Part shown: positions 1-13,590 of the stretch, in pieces | Layout: the number at the start of each line of letters is the position of its first letter | How positions within the stretch are numbered: position 1 is the stretch's first letter | Assembly: GCF_009914755.1 (NCBI RefSeq) | Contig: NC_060935.1 | Origin: the human T2T-CHM13v2.0 reference genome, Homo sapiens | Length of the DNA stretch: 64,000 bases | Reading direction: 5' to 3' (one strand) | Notes under the pieces: generated by a model | Seen by the model: only the letters and a program-made list of their open reading frames with translations | What the model was told of the DNA's origin: nothing | Databases searched by the model: none | Translations under genes and position numbers: made by a program

Positions 1-1463
1 AGGTGGTATCTCATTGTGGTTGGTTTTGATTTGCATTTCTCTGATGACCAGTGATGATGAGCATTTATTCATGTGTCTATTGGCCACATAAATGTCTTAC
101 TTTGAGAAGTGTCTGTTCATATCCTTGGCCCACTTTTTGATGGAGTTTTTTTTCTGGTAAATTTGTTCAAGTTCTTTGTAGTTTCTGGATATTAGCCCTT
201 TGTCAGATGGGTAGATTGCAAAAATTTTCTCCCATTCTGTAGGTTGTCTGTTCACTCTGATGGTAGTTTCTTTTGATGTACAGAAGCTCTTTAGTTTAAT
301 TAGATCCCATTTGTCAACTTTGGCTTTTGTTGCCATTGCTTTTGGTGTTTTAGTCATAAAGTCCTTGCCCATGCTTATGTCCTGAATGGTATTGCCTAGG
401 TTGTCCTCTAGGGTTTTTATGGTTTTAGGTCTAACATTTAAGTCTTTAATCCATCTTGAATTAATTTTTGTATAAGGTGTAAGGAAGGGATCCAGTTTCA
501 GCTTTCTACATATGGCTAGCCAGTTTTCCCAGGGCCATTTATTAAATAGGGAATCCTTTCTCCATTTCTTGTCATGTTTGTCAAAGATCAGATGGTTGTA
601 GATGTGTGTTGTTATTTCTGAGCCTCTGTTCTGTTCCATTGGTCTATATCTCTGTTTTGGTACCAGTACCATGCTGTTTTGGTTACTGTAGCCTTGTAGT
701 GTAGTTTGCAGTCAGGTACTGTGATGCCTCCAGCTTTATTCTTTTTGCTTAGGATTCTAATTTGATTGCATTGTGGTCTGAGACAATTTGTTGTGATTTC
801 TGTTCTTTTACATTTGCTGAGGAGTCCTTTACTTCCAACTATGTGGTCAATTTTAGAATAAGTGTGATGTGGTGCTGAAAACAATGTATATTCTGTTGAT
901 TTGGGGTGGAGAGTTCTGTAGATGTCTATTAGGTCCGCTTGGTGCAGAGCTGAGTTCTAGTCCTGGATATCCTTGTTAACCTTCTGTCTCATTGATTTGT
1001 CAAATATTGAGAGTGGGGTATTAAAGTCTCCCACTATTATTGTGTGGGAGTCTAAGTCTCCTTGTAGCTCTCTCAGGACTTGCTTTATGAATCTGGGTGC
1101 TCCTGTATTGGGTGCATATATATTTAGGATAGTTAGCTCTTCTTGTTGAATTGATCCCTTTACCATTATGTAATGACTTTCTTTGTCTCTTTTGATCTTT
1201 CTTTGTTGTTTTAAAGTCTGTTTTACAGAGACTAGGATTGCAACCCCTGCTTTTTTTTGCTTTGCATTTGCTTGGTAGTTCTTGCAACATCCCTTTATTT
1301 TGAGCCTATGTGTATCTCTGCACTTGAGATGGGTCTTCTGTATACAGCACACTGATGGGTCTTGACTCTTTATCCAATTTGCCAGTCTGTGTCTTTTAAT
1401 TGGGGCATTTGGCCCATTTACATTTAAGTTTAATATTGTTATGTGTGAATTTGATCCTGTCAT
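1..1463 (-). pseudogene. L1 ORF2p remnant: endonuclease domain fused to the C-terminal region, with the RT domain absent
   Basis: EN motifs (NIYAPN, GDFNTPL, YSKIDHI) join directly to [10 protein letters not shown] at about 755. Stops and frameshifts are present. Confidence 0.93.
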
Positions 1464-1526
1464 TATGATGTTAGCTGGTTATTTTGCCTGTTAATTGATG
1501 CAGTTTCTTCATAGCATCAATGGTCT

Positions 1527-2533
1527 TTACAATTTGGCATGTTTTTGCAGTGGCTGGTACCAGTTATTCCTTTCCATGTTTAGTGCTTCCTTCAGGAGCT
1601 CTTGTAAGGCAGGCCTGGTGGTGACAAAATCTCTCAGCATTTGCTTGTCTGTAAATGATTTTATTTCTCCTTCACTTATGAAACTTAGTTTGGCTGGATA
1701 TGAAATTCTGGGTTGAAAATTCTTTTCTTTAAAAATGAATATTGGCCCCCACTTTCTTCTGGCTTGTAAAGTTTCTGCCAAGAGATGAGCTGTTAGTCTG
1801 ATGGGCTTTCCTTTGTGGGTAACCCGACCTTTCTCTCTGGCTGTCCTTAACACTTTTTCCTTCATTTCAACCTTGGTGAATCTGAAAATTATGTGTCTTG
1901 GAGTTCCTCTTCTCGAGGAGTATCTTTGTGGTGTTCTCTTTATTTCCTGAATCTGAATGTTGGCCTGCCTTGCTAGGTTGGGGAAGTTCTCCTGGATAAT
2001 ATCCTGCAGAGTGTTTTCCAACTTGGTTCCATTCTCCCCGTCACTTTCAGGTACACCAATCAAACGTAAATTTGGTCTTTTCACATAGTCCCATATTTCT
2101 TGGAGGTTTTGTTCATTTCTTTTTACTCTTTTTTCTCTAAACTTCTCACTTAATTTCATTCATTTGATCTTCCATCACTGATACCCTTTCTTCCACTTGA
2201 TTGCATTGGCTATTGTAGCTTGTGCATGCTTCAGGAAGTTCTCGTGCCATGGTTTTCAGCTCCATCAAGTCATTTAAGGTCTTCCCTACATTATTTATTC
2301 TAGTTAGCCATTCCTCTAATCTTTTTAGCTTCCTTGAGATGGGTTTGAACATCCTCCTTTAGCTTGGAGGAGTTTGTTATTACCGACCTTCTGAAGCCTA
2401 CTTCTGTTGACTTGTCAAACTTATTCTCTGTCCAATTTTGTTCCATTGCTGGCGAGGAGCTATGATCCTTTGGAGGAGAAGAGGCGCTCTGATTTTTAGA
2501 ATTTTCAGCTTTTCTGCTCTGGTTTCTCCCCAT
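1527..2533 (-). pseudogene. L1 ORF1p remnant (frameshifted)
   Basis: Three overlapping ORF-track pieces (2300-2533, 2146-2352, 1527-2159) match consecutive parts of ORF1p and end WYQPLQKHAKL. Confidence 0.95.
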
Positions 2534-3561
2534 CTTTGTGGTTTTATCTACCTTTGGTCTTTGATGTTGGTAACTTACAAATAGGGTTTTGGTATGATTG
2601 TCCTTTTCATTGATGTTGATGCTATTTCTTTCTGTTTGTTAGTTTTCCTTCTAACAGTCAGGTCTCTCAGCTGCAGGTCAGCTGGAGTTTCCTGGAGGTC
2701 CACTCCAGACCCTGTTTGCCTGGGTATCACCAGCAGAGGCTGCAGAACAGCAAATATTGCACAACAGCAAATATTGCTGCCTGATCCCTCCTCTGGGAGC
2801 TTTGTCCCAGAAGGGCACTCGCCTGTATGAGGTGTAAGTCATCCCCTTCTGGGAGGTGTCTCCCAGTTAGACTACACAGGGTTCAGGGACCCACTTGAGG
2901 AGGCAGTCTGTCCATTCTCAGAGCTCAAACTCTGTGCTGGGAGAACCACTGTTCTCTTCAGAGCTGTCAGACAGGGATGTTTAAGTCTGCAGAGGTTTCT
3001 GCTACATTTTGTTCAGCTATGCCCTGCCCCCAGTGGTGTGGTGTACAGAGGCAGCAGGCCTAGCTGAGCTGCAGTGTGCTCCACCCAGTTCGAGCTTCCA
3101 GGCCGCTTTGTTTACCTACTCAAGCCTCAGCAATGGCGGACGCCCCTCCCCCCGCCAGGCTGTTGCCTTGCAGGTCAATCTCTGACTGCTGTGCTAGCAC
3201 TGAGCAAGGCTCTGTGGGCGTGGGACCCGCCGAGCCAGGTGTGGCATAGTATCTCCTGGTCTGCTGTTTGCTAAGACCATTGGAAAAGTGCAGTATTTGG
3301 GCAGGAGTTTCCCATTTTTCCCTGGTACAGTCTGTCATGCCTTCCCTTGGCTAGGAAAGGGAAATCCCCTGACCCCTTGTGCTTCCCGGGTGAGGCGATG
3401 CCCTGCCCTGCTTTGGCTCACTCTCTGTGGGCTGCACCCACTGTCCAACCAGTCCCAGTGAGATGAACCAGGTACCTCAGCTGGAAATGCAGAAATCACC
3501 CATCTCCTGTGTTGATCACACTGGGAGCTGCCAACCAAAGATATTCCTATTTGGCCATCTT
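2534..3561 (-). promoter_or_regulatory. L1 5'UTR (sense and antisense promoter region) with YY1 core at 3553-3561
   Basis: GC-richer ~1 kb upstream of the ORF1 ATG. GGCCATCTT on + equals AAGATGGCC on -. Activity cannot be shown from sequence. Confidence 0.8.
3133..3249 (+). pseudogene. L1 ORF0-homologous antisense ORF, 38 codons, open through the first splice donor
   Basis: gcaATGG start. It translates MADAPPPARLLPCRSISDCCASTEQGSVGVGPAEPGVA*, similar to ORF0 (MAGAPPPASLPPCSLISDCCAS...). CAG|GTGTGG at 3238/3239. Confidence 0.75.
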
Positions 3562-4331
3562 TCTATACCCTGTAGAAGCTTTTTAGCTTGATGTGATCCT
3601 ATTTGTCAAATTTTTTATTTGGTTGCCTGTGTTTGGGGGGTATTACTCAAAACCTGTGCTCAGACCAATGTCCTGAAGAATTTTCCTAATGTTTTCTTGT
3701 AGCAGTTTCATAGTTTGAGGTCCTAAATTTAAGTTGTTAATACATTTTTATTTGATTGTTGTATATGGCAAGAGATGGGGTCTAGTTTTATTCCTTGGCA
3801 TATGAATATACAGTTTTCCCAGCACAATTTATTGAAGAAACTGTCTTTTCCCTGGTGTAAGTGCTTGGCAACTTTGTTAAAAATGAATTCACTGTAGGTG
3901 TGTGAATTTATTTCTGGGTTCTCCATTCTGTTCCATTGGTCTATATGTCTGTTTATATGCTACTACAATGCTGTTTTGGTTACTATAGCTCTGTAGTATA
4001 ATTTGAAGTCAGTTAATGTAATTCCTCCAGCTTTGTTCTTTTGCTTAGGATAGTTTTGGTTATTCTGGGTCTTTTGTGGTTCCATATAAAATTTAGAATT
4101 GTTTTTTCTACTTCTGTGAAGAATGTCATTGGTATTTTGATTGATAGGAATAGCATTAAACCTGTAGATTACTTTGGGTAGTACAGACATTTTAATATTT
4201 ATTCTTCCACTTCATTAGCATAGAATGTTTTTCCACTTTTTGGTTTCCTCTTCAGTTTCCTTCATCAGTGTTTTATCATTCTCATTAGAGATCTTTTACT
4301 TCTTTGGTTAAATTAATTCCTATGTGTTTAA

Positions 4332-4654
<323 letters not shown>

Positions 4655-6577
4655 GGAATTATTTTTTAAATTTCTTTTTCTTATTATTCACTGTTGGTAT
4701 ATAGAAATGCTACTGATTTTTATATGTTGATTTTGTTTACTGAAATTTTACTAAATTTGTTTATCAGTTCTAATAGTTTTCTTGTGGAATCTAGGTTTTT
4801 TCAATATAAGATCATATCATCTGCTAACAGGAATAATTTGACTTCTTTATTTCCAATTTGGACACCCTTTATATCTTTCTCATCTGATTCCCTCTATCTA
4901 TAATAGTACTATGCTTAATAACAGTGGTACAATGGGTGTCCTTGTCATGTTCCAGATCTTAGAGGAAAGGCTTTCAGTTTTTCCCCATCCAGTATGATAC
5001 TAGCTGTGGGTCTGTCATGTAGGGGTTTCATTATATTAAGGTATGTTCCTTCTATTCCCAGTTTTTTGAGGGTTTTTGTCATAAAACGATGTTGCATTGT
5101 ATCAAATGCTTCTTCAGCATCAATTGAAATGATCATATGTTTTTTATTCTTTATTCTGTTGTATCACATTGTTTAATTTGTGTATGCTGAACCATCTTTG
5201 CCTCTCAAGGATAGATCCCACTTGAGCATGATGAATAATCTTTCTAATGTATTGTTCAATTCTATTTGCTAGTGTTTTCTTGAGGATTTTTTGCATCAGC
5301 ATTCATCAGAGATATTGGGCTGTAGTTTTGTTTTCTTAAAGTGTCTTTTTCTGGTTTTGGTATGTGGGTAATACTGGCCTTGTAGAATGAGTTTGGCAGT
5401 ATTGCGTCGTTGTCTATTTTTTGGATATTTTGAGTAAGATTGGTATTAGTTCTTTAAATGTTTGGTATAATTCAGCATTGAAACCACTTGTTCTGGGCTT
5501 TTCTTTACTGGGAGACATTTTAGTACGCCTTCAATATCTATACTTGTTATTTGTCTGTTCAGGTTTTGGATTTCTTTCCGGTTCAATCTTGGTAGGTTGT
5601 CTGTACCTAGGAATTTCTTCATTTCTTCTAGATTTTCCAATTTACTGGGATATAGTTACTCATAATAGTCACTAATGATTTTTTAAAATTTCTTCAGTAT
5701 CATTTGTGATGTCTCTTTTTACACTTCTGATTTTATTTATTTGTATCTTTTCCCTTTTTTACTTAGTTGAGATAAAGTTTTGTCAATTTTAATTACATTT
5801 TTTAAAAACCAACTTTTGTTACATTGATCTTTTGTATTTATTTCATTTCAATTTCATTTATCACTACTCTGATCTTTATTATTTCTTTTTTTCTACTAAT
5901 TTTGGGTTTGGTTTGCTCTTGCTTTTCCAGTTCTTTAACATGCATTGTTACATTGTTTATTTTAAGTTTTACTCTTTATGACATTGTTATACTGTTATCT
6001 TTTTACTCTTTTCTGATCTTTTATAGCTATAAACTTCCCTTTTAGTACTCCTTTTGCTGTATCTCATAGGTTTGGGTATGTTGTGTTTCCATTATCATTT
6101 GTTTCTAGAAATTTTTTAATTTCTTCATTGGTCCATCTGTCATTCAGAAGCATATTGTTTAATTTCCATGTATAGTTTTGTATAGTTTCCAAAATTCCTC
6201 TGTTATTAATTTCTATTTGTATTCCATTGTTGTCAGAGAAAATGCTTGATATTATTTCAAGTTTTTGAATGTTTTAAGACTTATTTTGTGATTTACATAT
6301 AATCTATCCTTGAGAATGATCAATGTGCTGAGGAAAAGAACGTGTATTCTGCAGCTATTGAATGAAATATTCTGTAAATATCTATCAGATCGATTTGGTC
6401 TATAGTGCAACTTAAGTCTGATGTTTCTTTGTTGATTTTCTATATGGAGATCTGTCCAATGCTGAAAGTGAAGTGTTGAAGTATCCAGCTATTACTGTAT
6501 TGGGGCCTGTCTCTTATTTTAGCTCTAATATTTCCTTTATATATCTGGGTGGTCCAATGTTCGGTGAATGTATATTT

Positions 6578-6715
6578 AGCTAATTTTTTGTATTTTTAGT
6601 AGAGACGGGGTTTCACCATGTTAGCCAGGATGGTCTTGATCTCCTGACCTCGTGATCCACCCGCCTCGGCCTCCCAAAGTGCTGGGATTACAGGTGTGAG
6701 CCCCCGCAACTGGCC
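6578..6715 (-). mobile_element. AluY-like left arm only; right arm and tail missing
   Basis: gctaattttttgtatttttagtagagacggggtttcaccatgttagccaggatggtc...tggcc directly abuts L1 endonuclease sequence. Confidence 0.9.
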
Positions 6716-7079
6716 TGTACTTATTATTTTTGATTGGTTCATAGTTAATCTTTCTATTTAGGATAAGAGTAGTTTACAAATACATTTACAGTGTTATAAT
6801 ATTCTGTGATTTTCTGTGTACTTACTATTATCACTGAATTTTCTACCTTCTGTTGATTATTTATTGCTCATTAATGTTCTTTTCTTTCTGTTTGTAGGAT
6901 AGGTCTGATATTGAGAAATCCCTCAGATTTTGTTTATCTTGGAAAATCTTTATTTTCATGTTTGAAGGATATCCTTTTTTTTTTTAATCTTCAGCACTTT
7001 AAATATGTCATGCCTATTTCTCCTAGCCTGTAAGGTTTCCACTGAAAAGTCTACTGCCAGACATATTTGAGGTCCATAG

Positions 7080-9452
7080 TATTCAAGGTGACTATTGATA
7101 GGTAAACTTTATGATCACCAGTTTGTTAATTATTTTCTAGTTGTTTTGTAGTTTGTTTCTTCCTATTTTACTTTCTAAGTGACTTCCCTTAACAGTAAGT
7201 TTTGATTCTTTGCTTTTTTATCTTTAATGTAATGTATCTACTATAGATTTTAGCTTTGTGATTACCATGAGGCTTACAAAAAACATTACACATAAGAGAT
7301 TATTTTAAGCTGATACAACTTAACTTTAATTGCAATATTTTAGAAAAGTCTCTACATATTAACCCCAGTTCTCATCTGTACATTCTGAGTGAGTTTTTGA
7401 TGTCAAAATATACATTTTTATATTGCATATCCCTTAGGAATTTATGTAAATATTATTATTTTAATAATTTTGCCTTTTAACCTTTATATTAAAGATATAT
7501 GTGATTTACACACTACTATAACACTGTTAGGATATTCTGAATTTGACTGTGTGCTTACTGCTACCAGTGAGTTGTTGTTTTGTTTTTAACTTTCAGATGT
7601 TTTTGTGTTACTAATGTCCTTTTCTTTAAGCTTGAGAAACTCCCTTTAGCATTTCTTGGAAGATAGGTCTGGTGCTAATAAATTCCCTTAGCTTTTGTTT
7701 TTCTTGAAAAATCTTTATCACTCTTTTTTTTCTGATGAACAGATCTGATTTTTATACTATTTCTTCTGCAAATCCTATTTGATAAATATTCTGTCTCTTG
7801 ATGGTGTCTCATAATTCATTAGACTTCCTTTATTATCTTTTTGCTCTTCTGACTGGATAATTTCAAATGTTTTGTTTTTTAACTCATTGATTCTTTTTCT
7901 TCTGTGTGAGTCTGCTGTTGAAGCTTTCTATTAAGTTTTTCATTTCAGCCTTTGTATTATTTGTCTCTATGATTTCTCTCTGGTTCTTTTGTCTGTTTTT
8001 TTGTTCATCTGATGTTTGTGTTTATTGTTTTTCAAATCTCATTACATTTTCTATAGGTTTTTTTTTTACTTTACCTAACTTTTTAATGAATATTATTCTG
8101 AATTCTTTGTCAGCCATTTCATAGATCTTCATGTTGGAGGGTCTGTTATTGTAGATTTATTAGTTTTCTTTGGGGGCGTCATGACTTCCTGATTCTTTAC
8201 AATCCTATGTCCTTATGTTGTTGTCTATGCACTTGAGGAGACAACGCCTTCTTCTGCCCTTAACAGATATTCTTTGGCAGGTGTAGAGCTTCATTATTTA
8301 TCTAGCCTATGATTATGTAAGGCCAGCTAATGATGACATTATGGAGGCAGAGCTTATTGTGAGTTATCTAGTGAGCTGGGGTGCTGCCGTTGCTTTCATG
8401 TTGTCAGGGGCTACTAGCTGAGGTCTGTTGACTGGTGAGACCACTGGCTGGCTCTGCTTTCAGGTGGAGCTGCTGGCTCAGTACTGCATAGGCTTCTGGT
8501 CGGCCAGTCACGGGATTTATTCCCTGGCTGGATAATCTCACTCTTTGTTATCTGCAGTTTGGCAAGGGCTGCAGGTTGGGCTCTGAGGTTAGGCAGGGAA
8601 ATGACCTGAGGCTATGCTCCTTTAGAAGTATGAAATTAGAGATTGCTTCCCTGTCTGGGTTGAGCTGTGGGGTTGGCCTTTGGCTGAGTCAGGTGGCTGC
8701 TTGATTTCCTGGTTGAAGCAGTACTAGCAGCTCTGTTTCTCCAAAATGCACAGAGGTGGCAGTCTTCCTTCCTAATTCCTAAGCAGGATCATTAGTCAGT
8801 ATAGCCCCTTTACTTATCTGAGATCCACAGGGTAGAAGTCTCTCTTCCTGGATGAGATCACTGGGAAGGGGGTGGGGCAGGCGCGGTTCTGAGGCTGGGT
8901 TGGGAGGAAAGCAGTCTAGGAGCTTAAGCTAGATTGTGCTTCCTATCCTACTTCTAAAGGCTACCGTCTCAGCTTTGCAGGTGTATTATGAGATTGGCTG
9001 GCAGCTATTTCTGATCAAGTTCTGCAGCTGGCAGGAAAGCAGAGGTGCCACGAAGATCTGTGTGCTAGTCCTCTTTGTTTCTACCTGACTCACCAGGCAG
9101 TCAAGCCATGTTGATTTTACCACTGTTCCCTGGGAAGTCAGTCCTGACTGGGCTATCTGAGAATGCTAGGGAAGCTGGATTCAGTTTTTGTTTTTCTTTC
9201 TCTCTAAAAAAATAAAACTGAGTTAAGGAAAACTCTCTCTGTCTGGCACCATGCCTGCTTGTTTGGAGTGAGACCATTCCTCCTACCCTTTGAAATTCAG
9301 ATTGTGTTTCATTCTGCTTGCCATATGAGTATCTCAGGATTATTTCCAGATGTTGGAGTTTTTAAAAGGATGTTCTATTCTATGGATAGTTACTAGTTGT
9401 TGGTGAGTTGGGCCCAAGACTTCTTACTCTAGAATCTTGCTGATGGCACTCC
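7080..9452 (-). mobile_element. Third, older L1M element: ORF2 start, spacer, ORF1 remnant and 5'UTR
   Basis: The spacer/ORF1-end sequence seen at 6770-6960 recurs in diverged form at 7500-7720. A GC-richer UTR at 8200-9450 ends in an L1M-like 5' terminus (GGAGTGCCATCAGCAAGAT on -). Confidence 0.75.
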
Positions 9453-10727
9453 CATAGAAGAAGTCATTTTATTTACACAAGCACATTACATGAAACCATT
9501 GGTGGGTGAGTATTCATACTTCACATAGGATTCACGCTGTGTGTAGGCAATGGGTACCTTAATCTTGTGACTGTTACCTTTCTCTAAATCCATACTGTAG
9601 CTGACTTTTCTGATGTGATATTCAATTTTAAATTTTAATGAAGTCAACTGATATTATTAAGCTGAGGATAAATTAGCTCTTCTTTCTATTTTAACACTAT
9701 ATTGAATTTGTCTAAGAAAAAATTATTAAGTAGACAGAGTTGGAGTTTACTGCCATTTAAAGTATCTTTTTTTAAAAGGCACTGCTGCTTACACCTTTTT
9801 TCCACCCTTTTGGAAGGTACTCTTTAATCTCATGCTTATGAGATTTTAGTCTTAGAACTATTTTCTTTACAATGAGAAGATAGTTCAAATTTAGGTAAAT
9901 GTTAGACCAAAACTCAAACAAAACATAATAAATTACATAATAAATTATACAGAATAAGAAGAAAGAAAGAAGAGTAAATGAGTTTCCAAAATACTCTGTA
10001 AGAGTGAGAAGTGCATTTTTTATTGTCTTCCTCGACATTCCTCTTAATTTTGTCAATTAATGTTTACATCTCTTAAGAATCAATACTCACAACTGCTTAT
10101 GGTGAAAAATGCCATCAAGTTTACCTTTACACCTATTAATTTCCATTTTTTACCATCTTTTGTTTGTAAGTAAGTCCTATAGAAACTAAAAACTTATTAA
10201 TTTTGTCTTAATGAACATAAGCATTCTGCTAAAAGTGTTTTTCTTTACTGAATTCAAGGTCCATTTTTCCTACTTGGTGGAACTGTCATTGTGCCTACAC
10301 ATCACCATAGTGTATATTTGAAAAAGTATGGGTTTGAACAAAGCATTGATCTACTATCCACAATTTCTTTCTTTCTTTAGATTTTATTTATTTGTTTCTT
10401 TGCTTGCTTATTTACTGAAAGTACTAAAATTTGACTAGTATCTATCTTTCAAGAGCAATGAAATACCAGGAATAATGGTTATAAAACTTTGTGTATTTTT
10501 GTTTAATATTTCTTCTTCTTTCTGTCTTTTCAGATGAGATCAAAATGTGATCTGAATGTACCAAGGTAACTTTATTATCATTTTGAAATGTGCCCTGTGG
10601 TCATATTTGTTTAATGTATTTCATTTGCCAAATTTCAGGATATCATTCTTGGTAATGCCTTATGTAAGACTTTTTAATATCTCACAAATGGTTCCCTAAA
10701 ATTATGTGAAATATTTTGTCTGTTAGT

Positions 10728-11125
10728 GTCATATGCTGTTTTCTGTTGCCATAACTAAACCCCTAGGACTGGGTAATATTTAAAGTGAAGAAACTTACTT
10801 CTTACAGTTCTGAAGGCTGGAAAACACAAGGTACAGGGGTTATGCTTGGTGAAGGACCTTTTGCTAGTAAGGCATCTCTTCAGAATCTCAAGGCAGTATA
10901 GGGCATCACATGGTTAGGGGGCTTAGTGTGATAGTTCAGGGTCTTATTCTCCTCTTACAAAGCTACTAATGTCCCACCCTCACAAACTTATTTAATTCCA
11001 ATTACCTCCCAAAGTTCCCACCTTTAAACACTGTAGTCAGATTTACCACCCTCTTGATACTATTAAAATGGGGATTAAGTTTTAACATGAATTTCAAAAG
11101 GGACAAACAGTTAAACTGTATAGCA
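10728..11125 (-). mobile_element. MaLR solo LTR (MLT1A-like)
   Basis: cttacagttctgaaggctgg...gggcatcacatgg...ggggattaagttttaacatgaattt...tagca. Confidence 0.85.
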
Positions 11126-12229
11126 TTTAGCAATATTCTTAAAAGTAGTGAGAGGATAGTCTTTTTGGTAGAAAAATTTGAAGAATATTTAGAAAGCCAC
11201 AATTTTATAAAACAACTACACTGTACCTCAAGGTGTAACAGCCCCTAAAGTAATATTAAATATTAATTTATTTAGATATGCTTTGTCTGGCTCATCTTCT
11301 ACAATACCAACATATGAATCTGCAACACATTATGTCAGTGACAATTAAGGCTATGAATGATTGCCCATGTTAAGGTTCAAGGTATTTGAGCTTAAGTTAT
11401 AGCTTTCTTAATCATTCTATGTTCTTATTTGATACATCACCTCTTTGGGTTTCAATACATCATCTTTAAAATGAGAGGATTAAAACATATAATTTCCATG
11501 GTTTTATTATTTTTAAGTTTAATGCTTATAAAGGTGTTGCTACGAGTGTCTGACAGAAATAACTCAGACAAATTGAGGGCTCTGTGAGCTCTTATAAACA
11601 ACCAACTGCAAAAATGAAGACAGAGTAAATAAGTAGAGTAACAGAAAAAGTAAGCCTACTTACTTACCCACTGCAACCTCAAGATAGCTCAGTGTAGATC
11701 TTTCAGGTAAACACAATGGTAGATGCAGTCTCGGTATTCTTTACTTCTCTTTTTGTTGGGAGATTTTGTACTTATTTGACCATAGTTTTTATATCTTTGC
11801 AAACCTTACTTGCACAAAGGTAGAAACAGCTGCACTTATTTGAGATAACATTATTTTACTCCTTATTCAAAAGAAAGTCCACGGTCCATAATTTCAATTT
11901 TATACTTGTCAGTAGCATAGTTTATCACATCTGCTTCTCTTTTTATTTTTCATATCTAGCAAAACTCTCAAACTAGATAAATCTATCTATTGCATTTCCC
12001 ATCTATTACATTCAGAACTAAGATAACTGTGCCCTATTGGAAAAGGTCACACAAAAGTGCAGATTGGTTCCACTTTAAATTTATGATTACCAAGCACAAA
12101 TGCAATCTCAACATGACCCAAAAATTGATCTGTGTTTCTCTGATCTGTTTGCTCTGTCACATTCCACAAGTATTTCAGAATTTTACAACTCCTTTAACAA
12201 TCTTAACTTCTCCAATTTCCTAGTTTATT

Positions 12230-13590
12230 TCAGCAGGTTATCTTTTCCTATCTAAGGTCCATGTCTGTTGCTTGGATTCCATTCTCTACCTCTTCATGAC
12301 CTTTACAGCATTGATTATTCATGCTTCTTTACATATTTAACCTCTCTCATTGTTTATCCTTTCTCATAAAGGATCCCTTCGCCCCACTTTCTGCTCAATC
12401 ACTACTATACTTCTCTCTCCATTTCTAGCTAAACTCTGTGAAACATTATCTGCACTGTCTTTGTTATCTCGTCTCCATCTTGGGGAGAAGACCAAGCTCT
12501 CTGGACTCACTTAATCTATACAAAGAGTCCTCTCTAAATTCAGTTAAACATTTTTCAATCCTTAGCTTTTTGAGTTCTCAGTAGCATTCAAGATTGTTGT
12601 TAACTATTTTAGAAAGACTCATAGTTTGCAACCAATCAATCAATGACCGATACCGGATTTTTTCCTCTCTCCTATTTTTTTTGGTTAAAATTCCTCAAAG
12701 CTCAGGCCTAGGCTCTCTCTTCTCACACTGTGAGCAATGTCATACATTGTTGGCTTTAAATATCATTCATTTTATAGTATATGGTAAACAAAACCTCTCC
12801 TCTATTCCACTTATTTTTTCATCTCTACTTAGATATTTCAAAGATATGTTGATGTCATTATCCTCAAACTTAACCAATAGGCTTACATATCAAATGTGAT
12901 ATTATTCCAATGTCAGCATCTCTTGTATGGTTGAGTTATATATTCAGATACACAAACCAGAAAGCCATGAGCTATTCAACCACTTTCTCACTCAAGTTAT
13001 GTAATACAGTGTTAAGACTTTACCAAGTCCCTCTTGAATGTACTAAATTTTGTTCATCCAACTTTCCCCATTGCAGGCCATACCACCATCATCTCTCATC
13101 TAGAATACTCAATAGCTTTGCATGAATCACCTTCCAACCCACTTTTCTTATTGCAGCCAGTAAACATTCAAAAACACAGATATTATCATCTGTTTCCTCC
13201 AATGGCTCTCTATTGTATTCAGAATAAAGAGTCTTATATTTTTTCTAAAAAAAGGCTTTATTTTCTGATTCTCTGCATTTACTTCAAATGGTGCTGCCAC
13301 CTGCTTTCTGCTTCCCAGCACCACTGGGTTTCCTTCAGTTTCTCCCAAATGTATCACTCTTTTTCTAATGCACTAATATGCTGATACACCTAGTCAGCCT
13401 TTTCATGTGCTTTTGCCTCTGTGTGGAGCACTATTTACCCTCCTCTAAAATACACTCACAGTTTTACTTGGTAGCACATCATTCCTCAAGGCTCTGCTTA
13501 ACTGTGACTTCTGCCATGTTCTCACTTCCCAGACTAGTTAAATCATTCGCCATGTGCTTTGAGACTGTCTACTTTAATTCACTATCATAG
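12230..13590 (+). mobile_element. Decayed L2 fragments
   Basis: Pyrimidine-rich tract with L2-like motifs (caccatcatctctcatctagaatactcaatagc). Boundaries are approximate. Confidence 0.65.

Larger units (their letters stand above)
1..3561 (-). mobile_element. L1PA6/L1PA7-like LINE-1 with 5'UTR, decayed ORF1 and internally deleted ORF2; the 3' end runs off the window
   Basis: The minus-strand 5' end reads AAGATGGCCAAATAGGAA. ORF1 pieces include MGRNQSRKAENSKNQ and RVKRNEQNLQEIWDYVKRPNLRLIG. ORF2 starts MTGSNSHITILNLNVNG, and C-terminal ORF2 includes [11 protein letters not shown]. Confidence 0.97.

Noticed and set aside
2746-2780. Short duplication aacagcaaatattgc in the L1 5'UTR
   Set aside because: Recalled as a feature of this L1PA 5'UTR class.
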